From Anaeramoeba ignava BMAN (lineage: Eukaryota > Protista > Anaeramoebae), in contig JAPDFW010000081.1 in NCBI GenBank assembly GCA_028826165.1, positions 248,001 to 312,000 on the forward strand: a stretch of DNA of 64,000 nt, given 5' to 3'. This document shows positions 52,931 to 62,288 of this stretch, piece by piece (the first letter of the stretch is position 1; the number at the start of each line of letters is the position of its first letter). Under the pieces are notes generated by a model. It saw only the letters and a program-made list of their open reading frames with translations. It had not been told where the DNA came from and searched no databases. Position numbers and translations under genes: made by a program.

Positions 52931-53788
52931 ATGGGAGGTTCTTTACCAAAAGTTGATATTCCAAAAAAAAAGGCTAAAAGAATTCGTAAGAAAGCAAAAG
53001 AAGGTATTAAAGAATATTTACCAAAATATCAAGAAGAGTATGGAAAGATAGTTGAAGAAGACACAGAAAAGAAATTAACTTCAAAACAATGTCATGAACA
53101 AGCAAAACTCAAAGTTAAAGAACCAAATTTAGCCAAATTAAAAAAATCACTTGGAAATGATATTGGCGCTTCTTTTTGTGATGAAGTTGTTGAGATTTTA
53201 AATCAAGATGAAAAAGCAAAAAGTCTCCCTGAATCAGTAAAAAAAAAGGCTGCAAAGAAAGGTATTGCTATGATTGTAAGTTATTTATTTTTTATTTTAT
53301 TTTATTTTTTTATAAAGAAAAAAAAATTTTTTTTTTTGGAAATTTTTCTTTTTTGATCATTATTTTTCATTTAAAAAATTTCTCTTTTTTAATTTTAATT
53401 TTAATTTTAATTTTAATTTTAATTTTTAATTTTAATTTTAATTTTAATTTTAATTTTAATTTTAATTTTAATTTTAATTTTTAATTTTAATTTTAATTTT
53501 AATTTTAATTTTAATTTTAATTTTAATTTTAATTTTAATTTTAATTTTATAATTTTAATTTTATAAATGAATTTTAATTTTAATTAGGTTGAAGCTGGAA
53601 TTGATAAGTTGTTACAAGCTGCTGGTCAAAGAATTTTTAATGAAAAGAGAGAAGTTGATGAACCAATTGAAGAGGATTCTGAAACTGATGGAGACGATGA
53701 AGATGAACAAGAAAAGAAAGAAGAAAAACAAGAAGAAAAACAAGAAGAAAAGAAAGAAGACGAATCAGATGAAAAAGATGATAATTAA
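52931..53788 (+). CDS. Small 2-exon protein, basic N-half and acidic tail; N-terminus weakly Niban/FAM129-like, possibly myristoylated
   Basis: MGGSLPKVDIPKKKAKRIRKKAKEGIKEYLPKYQEEY; GTAAGT donor ~53276 and TAG acceptor ~53587; exon 2 VEAGIDKLLQAAG...DEKDDN*. Confidence 0.7.
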
Positions 53789-54127
53789 GAACAATTTTTT
53801 TTTTTGTTTTTTTTTTTTGATCAACTCCAAATTAGTTATATATTTCTCTTCTTGTTTGGTTTTTTCGTCAAATCACTTTTTTTTTTTTTTTCAATTTTCA
53901 AACCAAAAACATTAACAACAACAAGATCTCTTCCCAAAATCAAAAAAATTTCTTTTCAAAAAAAATTTTTCAATTTTAATTTTAATTTCAATTTTGATTT
54001 TGATTCTAAAAAAAAATTCAAAAATAAAATTTGAATTCAAAAAGTTAATTCCCTAATTCATTCAATATTTTTCCAAAATAAACTGAAAGAAAGAAAAAAT
54101 AAACTGAAAAAGTAAAAAATTTGAATT

Positions 54128-56658
54128 TTAAATTTGATCCAAACTTGAAAGAGAAAGTTTTGATTGTTGTGATAATAAAAATTGAATAACAACTTCAAGA
54201 CTGGAAATAACATAACCATGAACACCTAACATATCTTTTTGAGAAATGAAATCTTCAAGAAATTGTTTTTCTGAATATAAATTTGGAATATTTGCTTTAA
54301 CAACAACATAAATTAAAATGGGAACAATATCATCAGCTCCAATTTCATAATAAGATTTTGGAACATCTGAAAATTGACTATAATAATCACGAATTTCTTC
54401 AACGATTGCTTCATAAGCCTTTTTTTAATATCAAAAAGAAAAACATTTTAAAATTTTGATTTTGATTTTGATTTTGAATTTAAATTTAATTTTGATTTTC
54501 ATTTTGATTTTAATTTTGATTTTGATTTTGATTTTGATTTTGATTTTGATTTTGATTTTGATTTTGATTTTGATTTTGATTTTGATTTTGATTTTGATTT
54601 TGATTTTGATTTTGAATTTGATTTTGATTTTGATTTTAATTTTAATTTTGATTTTAATTTTAAATTTCATTCAATAAATAAAATATACTTTAACAAGAGA
54701 TTGAACTTTTAAAGATGCATTTTTTTTTTGAGAAATTGTTCTAAGTATTTCCATTGAGTTTGAATAAGACTTAACTAATGATAAATCAATTTCTGGTTCT
54801 TTTTCATCTTCATCTAAAACTTCATCTTCAGCTAAAAAATCTTCAAGTTCTTGTTCAAGTTGAGATTCATCAAAATCAAAATCATCTAATCTATCAATTT
54901 GTTCTTGGATAAGATCTTCTTTTTCTTGTTCATCCTGTAAATTTGATTGATTTTCATTTTCATTTTCATTTTCATTTTCATTTTCATTTTCATTTTCATT
55001 TTGATTTTCATTTTCATTTTGATTTTCATTTTCATTTTCATTTTGATTTTCATTTTCATTTTCATTTTGATTTTCATTTTCATTTTCATTTTCATTTTCA
55101 TCTTGATTTTGATTTTGATTTTCATCTTGATTTTCATCTTGATTTTCATCTTGATTTTCATCTTGATTTTGATTTTGATTTTCAATTTCATTTTCATTTT
55201 GATTTTCGTTTTGATTTTCATATTGATTTTCGTTTTGATTTTCATATTGATTTTCATTTTGATTTTCATCTTGATTTTCATTTTGATTTTCATCTTGATT
55301 TTCATTTTGATTTTGATTTTCATCTTCAATTTGATTTTCAATTTCTTGCTGTTCTTTTTCTTTTTGTTTTTGTTTTTCTTGTTGATCATAAAAATATTCA
55401 TTTCTAGCAAGCCAAAATCTTTTTCTAATTCCACAATCAGCAAGTGTACAATCATTATTTGTCTCATATTTATTGTGAATATTATCATTTTCCTCTTTAA
55501 ATTTATAAATATAAAGAATAAAAATATGATCAAAAAGTTGCTCTATAATATAATTTTCAATATCTCTTGATGCTTTTAGGAAAAATTTTTGAGTTTGCTT
55601 AAGAATCAGGAAATTATTAGAAATATATTGCTTTGCTCTTGCTAAATTGTTTTTATTTTTATTTTAAATATTTATATTTTAAATATTTTAAATATTTATT
55701 TATTTTTAATATATTTTTACCAATAAAAGATTGAATATCCTTTTTTTCGTTTTCTAAATCTCGCTCACTTATTTTGGTTTCATCAAGTAAATGACGCTTT
55801 ATAAATTTAATAACAACTCTTCCAAAAGGATGATTTGGATTTCTAATTAAAAAAATTTTAAAAATATAAAATATTTTAAAATATTTTGATCAATTTCAAT
55901 TCAAACTTTGAAATAGAAATAAAATGTTCAGTAATTTGTAACTCAGGTTTTGAAGATTGTTTAAGAGACCTTTCCCACAAAAGATCCTTCTTTTTCAAGT
56001 CTTTAAGAGTCTCATTTTTTTTTGGGTTTTTGCTAGTGTCTTTAATTTCAACATTAATAAGTTGCTTTTCAATTTTTTCTTCATTTTGTTTTTTTCTTAA
56101 TTCCATAAGTTCATTAAATTTTTTTCTCGCAATAGCAAAATTTTCATTAACTTTTCTAAGATAATCGAGATTATAACTACTTTTCATATAAGGAGAAGGG
56201 TCTGAATTGATTCTTGATTGATAAAAGTTATAAAGCATAAGATTTTTCTGTTGAGCATCTTGGAAAATTTTTTGAGCCTCAGGATCTTGAGAAAAACCAA
56301 ATGATTGCATTCCTTGCAATTGGTTACTATTTCCCACTGATTGAGATAGTGTTGTTACTAATTGCTCTCTTCTTCCAAAATTGGGTGAGTTTGATACATT
56401 TGATGTGTTTTGTTTCGGTTGGAAATTTTCAATTTGATTTGATATTAATTTTTCAATATTATCTATGCAAAGTCGCGCAAGATAACATTGTTGTTTGAGT
56501 GATTTTCGCGCTTCTTCTTTGTTGGATAATGGAAGTACTCGAAGATATTGTGAAATGTAATTGATGCCTAATAAATAATTTTCTGCTGCTTCTTTGTCTT
56601 TTGATTCAGATTGCAAATTGGCAGCTTTTTGGATTAATTGAAAAATTTGTTTATCCAT
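54128..56658 (-). CDS. VPS9D1: VPS9D1-like Rab5-family GEF (MIT-like N-terminus + VPS9 domain)
   Basis: N-terminal AAENYLLGINYISQYL; last exon IGADDIVPILIYVVVKANIPNLYSEKQFLEDFI...GYVISSLE. Confidence 0.85.
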
Positions 56659-56664
56659 TTTTTT

Positions 56665-56705
56665 TTTTAAAATGAAAAAAATGAAAAAATGAAAAATGAA
56701 AAAAA
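56665..56705 (-). promoter_or_regulatory. Tandem Inr-like elements upstream of VPS9D1
   Basis: Four sense-strand TCATTTT copies in the 80-nt gap. Confidence 0.6.
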
Positions 56706-56739
56706 TTTTTATTTTGCGGGAACATTTTTAATTAATTTT

Positions 56740-59700
56740 TTATTTATTATAACCTTCAACTTGAAGGATTTTCGATTTTTCCAAAACAAGAAATAAATAC
56801 TCATGAATGTGAATTTTCTTTTCCTTTTTCTTTTTTTTTGGATCTTGACCAGTGACAGCAAGAAAATCAACTTCGAATTTTGACGTGAAATTTTTGAATA
56901 AATTTTGAGTATTTCTGTAACCAATTTTAGAAACAAGAAGGAAAACAAAGTGTTGAACCTTATCTCTAAGTTTGAAGTATTGGATTTGAGTAAGAAGGAT
57001 TTTGTCAGCAAAGAAAAGAAGTTGATTAAAGATCCAGAGAGCTTGATTGAGTTGTTTTGTTCGTTCGAGAACTTTTATAAGTTTGATCCAAAATTTATAA
57101 TTTTTTTGAGTAACTCTCGGATTGCCATCAAGTGATATTGCAGCTGTGTAGTTCATTTTTGCTTCGTCAAATTTCTTCAACCGCAAAAAGGAATCCCCAA
57201 TAAGTTTCCATCTTTTGATTGTTCGTGGTATTTGTGTTCCTGTTGTTGCGTAGCTTGCATATTCCATGTCGTACATTAACATTGTTTTCATTTCGCTGTG
57301 AATTGTTTTGATTAAGAAGTTTAACCAGGATTCAATTTGTAATTGTGTTCCGCAGCTCATTATTGTAGTTGATGGAGCACTTATTATTTTGGGGTTTAAT
57401 TGAAGAAGAGTATTTTTTTTTTCATTTTGGATATTTTTTTCATTTTGATTATTTTTTTCATTTTCAATAGTTTTTTCGTTTTGATTATTTTTTTCATTTT
57501 GATTATTTTTTTCGTTTTGATTATTTTTTTCATTTTCATAATTCTTCAAATTTTGATCAATAGTTTCAGAACAATCCGCAAAATTTTCATTTCCTTCTCC
57601 ATTATTTAGAATCGGAAGCAAAAATTCGTTCTCATCTCCTTTCTTGGTTTTATAAAAATCTTCTTTGATCCTATTTGAAGGGGAATAAATCTGCATTTGT
57701 AGAAGTTTGAGATAAGAAAACTTCTTTTCATTCTTCTGCTCATAATTAATTTCTTCTCCCCATTTTGGTTCACCATTTTGACATTCTTTCCCTTTAGTAT
57801 CGTACTCGTTATCATAAAAAACACTGACCCGTAATTGCATGAAGCTTTCCCAACCAATTTCATGAAGAATTTTAATAAGGAGAAAGTAAACATCACAAAG
57901 TGGATCTGTAAATGAAAAATTATTCTTTCCAAGAGCAACTTGTGTTTCGGCAGTTATTTTAGAACAACGGTTTTTAAGTGGTTTTTGACTCTTTGTCATG
58001 TCAGAAATCACAAACTTCGCATTCCGAACTTTGGTGATCCCCATTGGTCTTGGAAACTGAAAGTTTTGACCTTCAAAAAAAGTTTGAAATTCTTTTTGAA
58101 TGTTTGCGTTAACAGAAGTTGTTGAGCGACTTCCCAAATTAAGTGAGGAAGTCATCAATCCGTTGGGATCAAGAAAGGGTGAATTGCTTTGGATCGAGTA
58201 TATTTTGCTTACTGATCTAACAATGGGAATTTGGTTCTCGCTTTTTCCTGTATTTTTTGTATTTTTTGTTGAATTTTTACGTTTTTTACTTGGTTTGATT
58301 TTTGATAATTTTTTTGGAAGTGTTTCAGTTGGAAAGTATTTTGTGTTGCTTTCGTAGTTTGTAGATTCTGTTTGGATTGTTTGTAATTTATCCATTTTTT
58401 CATTTTCGAGACTTGATATTCTTTTTATAACTGAGAGATTACCTGAATGATTTTTATTTTGATTTTGAATTTGATTTTTATTTTGATTTTGATTTTGATT
58501 TTGATTTTGATTTTGATTTTGATTTTGATTTTGATTTTGATTTTGATTTTGATTATTTTGATTTTGATTATTTTGATTTTTGATTTTGATTTTGATTTTG
58601 ATTTTGATTTTGATTTTGATTTTGATTTTGATTTTGATTTTGATTTTGATTATTTTCATTTTGATTTCGATTTTCATTTTGATTTTCATTTTGATTTTCA
58701 TTTTGATTTTCATTTTGATTTTGATTTTGATTTTCATTTAAATTTTCATTTTGATTTTGATTTTGATTTTGATTTTGATTTTGATTTAATCGATTTTCAT
58801 TTTGTGGTTGAGCCCCAAATTCACTAGAATCATTCATTGAAAACTCCATATTTCTTGAATTTTCGATAATATTTGCACCTACAAAAACACTACGACTTGA
58901 GCGAAGCTTTCCTTCCTCAGTAACATATGGCATACCATTGAGGGAAACAAACGCTCTATTGTAATTTTTAACAGCAAGATGACATTTTGCAAGAAGAAGA
59001 AAGCTTTTGTAGTAAAAAGGAGCAGAACAAACAAGACGTTTTGCGAATTTTAGAGCTTTTGGAAAGCTTTCAGGATGACCATATTTGAAGTGTTTAAGAT
59101 AAAGTTTTGTGAGAGTTTTAAGAACAAAAATATCAAGCGGACGGCTTTTAAAAACGCGTTTAAGAACGTCTAACGCCTGTGTGTACTCACCGATACGGAA
59201 AAGAGCCTTTGAAACAGCAACATTGAGAGTAGGGTCTTTCTTGGCAAGCTCTCCGAAGAATTGGATAATATGCCGCCAACGAAAATTACGCGCGAAATAT
59301 TTGTAAATCATCTTGAAAATACAGCTATTAACACTCGAAGGTAGCATCAGCGAATCCAGGCATCCCACACGCACTCCTCGCCAGAAAAGCTTGGATGCAA
59401 TCTCCATAACACTCTGCTCTGTCTTAGGATCCTCAAAATCAGATATAACAACGAGACACGGAAAAACATTGAAACATTTTTTACGCGAAATATAACGCAA
59501 AAAATTCGACACAAAAAGCTCATTCAGAAGCTCTTCATTCGGCTCAATTGCCTCCTTCTTTGCGTTGTAAAATATCCCCTGTTTGTCCTTCATTTCCTCC
59601 TTTTGATCATCATACTTAAAACTCAGTTCAAAATCCATTTTGGAAAAACAATTATAACTCAAATAACTTCCCTGAATAATTTTCCATTTACGATGTGACT

Positions 59701-60019
59701 TGCGCAAAAATTTGCCTTTTTTGGATTCCTGATTCTTTTTTGCCAGTCGAAACGTGTCTTCAATTAAGGATGTGAGGAATTTCTCGACATCCGTTTGATT
59801 TTTAATTGGAAGTCCAATAAGATGATGAAAAAATCCAATTTGGAAATGTTGTATTTTTTTGCCTCGGCTTTTTTCCTTGATAAAATGGCAAAGATCAGGT
59901 GGTCCAACGCCTTTGGATACTTTTTTCAATAGTGATGATCTTGCTATTTTGGCTTCTCCAATAAGTGTTTCAACACATTCATAAGTTGAAGAATGATGTG
60001 TATTAATTGTATTTAGCAT
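56740..60019 (-). CDS. ChAPs family (Bch1/Bud7/Chs6-like exomer cargo adaptor), TPR; apparent frameshift in NQ tract ~58580
   Basis: GVGPPDLCHFIK, IGFFHHLIG, YLSYNCFSKMD, AFVSLNGMPY, EIGWESFMQLRVSVF, ESWLNFLIKTIHSEMK, WKLIGDSFLRL appear in the order known for fungal ChAPs. Confidence 0.85.
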
Positions 60020-60884
60020 TTTATCTTTTTCTTATTTTGTTTTATATTTTATCTTTTAAAAAAGATCCCTTTCGAAAATTTATTGATTATTCTTTGATTT
60101 GTTTTAGTTTTTTTTTTTTTGAGTTTGTTAAATAATTTGTTGTCTTTTTTCTTTTTTTTGTTTTGGGTTTAATTTAAATTTAAATTTAAATTTAAAATTT
60201 AATTTAAAAGGATCAAATAAACTCAAAGTGAAGAAGAAAATGAAAATTTAAAAAAAAAAAAAAAAATTTTTAATATTAAATTTAAAAGGCGAAAAACAAA
60301 AGAAAAATGAAGATTAATAAAACAAAAAAAAAAAAAACCAAATAATAAAAATTAAAAAATAAAAGGAAAAACAAAAAGAAGAATAGAGATAAAGAGGTTT
60401 TTTAAAAAAAAAAAAACCAGATCTCTTTAAACAAAAATCACAAACAACAAAACTAATAATAATAATAATAATAAAAAAAAAAATTTTAAATTGATCAAAA
60501 AACTTTTTTTTGTTTTAATCTTTCTTTAAAAATTAATTTTTAATTTTTAATTTTTAAAACAATAATTATTATCTTTTTTTTTTTATTGATCACTTTTTTA
60601 TATTAAGAATTAATTTTAATTTTAATTTAATTTTAAATTTAATTTTAATTTTAATTTTAATTTTAATTTTAATTTCAATTTTATTTAAGAGAATAGAATT
60701 AGTTTTATTTCTTCTTTTTATTTCCTTACTTTACTTTTCTTTTCTTTACTTTTCTTTACAAGTTATTTTTTGATCAAATAACCAACAAAAAAATTTTTTT
60801 TTCTTCTTTTTTTTTTTAATTGAATTTTTTTTTGGATTTTTTTTCTATTAAACCAAATACAATCAATTTTTGGATTTTCTAAAT

Positions 60885-61458
60885 TTAAATTCAAAATCAA
60901 AATTCAAATTCAAATTCAAAATCAAAATTCAAATTCAAATTCAAAATCAAATTTAAAATTAAAATCAAAATCAAAATCAAAATCAAAATCAAAATCAAAA
61001 TCAAAATCAAAATCAAAATCAAAATTAAAATCTAAAATCAAAATCAAAATCAAAATCAAAATCAAAATCAAAATTAAAATTAAAATCAAAATCAAAATCA
61101 AAATCAAAATCAAAATCAAAATCAAAATCAAAATCAAAATTAAAATTAAAATCAAAATCAAATTCAAATTCAAATTTAAAATCAAAATCAAAATCAAAAT
61201 CAAAATCAAATTCAAATTCAAAATCAAAATCAAAATTAAAATTAAAATTAAAATCAAAATCAAAATCAAAATCAAAATCAAAATTAAAATCAAAATCAAA
61301 TTCAAAATCAAAATCAAAATCAAAATCAAAATCAAAATTAAAATTCAAATTCAAAATCAAAATTCAAAATCAAAATCAAATTCAAATTCAAAATCAAATT
61401 CAAAATCAAAATCAAAATCAAAATCAAAATCAAAATCAAAATTAAAATCAAAATCAAT
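60885..61458. repeat. Hexamer array AAAATC upstream of UBL gene
   Basis: Directly visible. Confidence 0.95.
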
Positions 61459-61495
61459 TTTTCATTTTTCATTTTTTTGAATTAAATTTATTAAA

Positions 61496-62204
61496 ATGTT
61501 GCTTTATATTCGAACTTTATCTGGTCAAACAATATCAGTTGAAGTTGAATCAAATGAAACAATTAAATTTCTTAAAGAAAAAATTGGAGAAGAAAAAAAA
61601 GAATGGGATCCAGATTGTTTATTATTAATTTTTGCAGGAAAACTTTTAGAAAATGATAAACTTATTTGTGATTATGGAATTCAAAAAGAATCTTATCTTC
61701 ATGTTATTAAATTTGTTGATAAAATTGTTTATATTAATATTTTTCATCCAATTAAAAGAGTTTTACCACTTTATCGAAATATTTCTAATTCAAATTTACA
61801 AATTCCAATTTTTGAAAATACACTCCAAAATATTTTAGCAAAAATATCACTAAAAAAATATGAAATTGAAGGAACAAGTTTAATTTATGAAGGAAAAAGA
61901 CTCGAATATAATAAAAAATTATCTTATTATCAAAAATCAAATGAAAATCCTTCACTTGATATTTTTTCATTAATTAAAATTAATATTAAAAAGATTAAAC
62001 GAAGAAAATAAATATTATTATGTTTCTCCTGATGAAACAATTCAAGATTTAAAAATTCAAATTGAAAAAGTTGAAAATATTCCAAATCAAAATCAAATAT
62101 TATTATTTAATAATAAAATTTTAGAAAATGAAAAACAATTCAATTATTTTATTCAAAAAAAAGAAGATTATGGGAAAATTATTAATTTATTTCTTAAATT
62201 TTAA
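61496..62204 (+). CDS. Protein of three tandem divergent ubiquitin-like domains (apparent frameshift ~61990)
   Basis: UBL1 MLLYIRTLSGQTISVEVESNETI...LIFAGKLLE; UBL2 LIYEGKRLE; UBL3 INIKRLNEENKYYYVSPDETIQDLKIQIEKVENIP...LLFNNKILE. No terminal GG. Confidence 0.8.
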
Positions 62205-62239
62205 TTCAAAAAATCTAATTAAATAAAAATTCAAAATAA

Positions 62240-62280
62240 TTTTTCATTTTTTCATTTTTTTCATTTTTTCATTTTTTTCT
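62240..62280 (+). promoter_or_regulatory. Tandem Inr-like elements upstream of RCC1-BTB
   Basis: Four TCATTTTT copies just before AAAATG. Confidence 0.6.
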
Positions 62281-62288
62281 TTTCAAAA

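Noticed and set aside
17013-61360. ORFs such as (DF)n, (IL)n, (KI)n, (FH)n and (KILF)n in the track
   Set aside because: They are alternative-frame or antisense readings of microsatellites.
6517-62011. Programmed ribosomal frameshifting or pseudogenes at ~6540, 30220, 30970, 41140, 41320, 42262, 46595, 47710, 58580 and 61990
   Set aside because: Most are single-base gains or losses in homopolymers or microsatellites. At 41140 the paralog shows the missing A. There is no shared slippery motif, and the AAA-TAA at 62006 lies after the point where UBL homology already shifts. Long-read consensus error is the simplest explanation.
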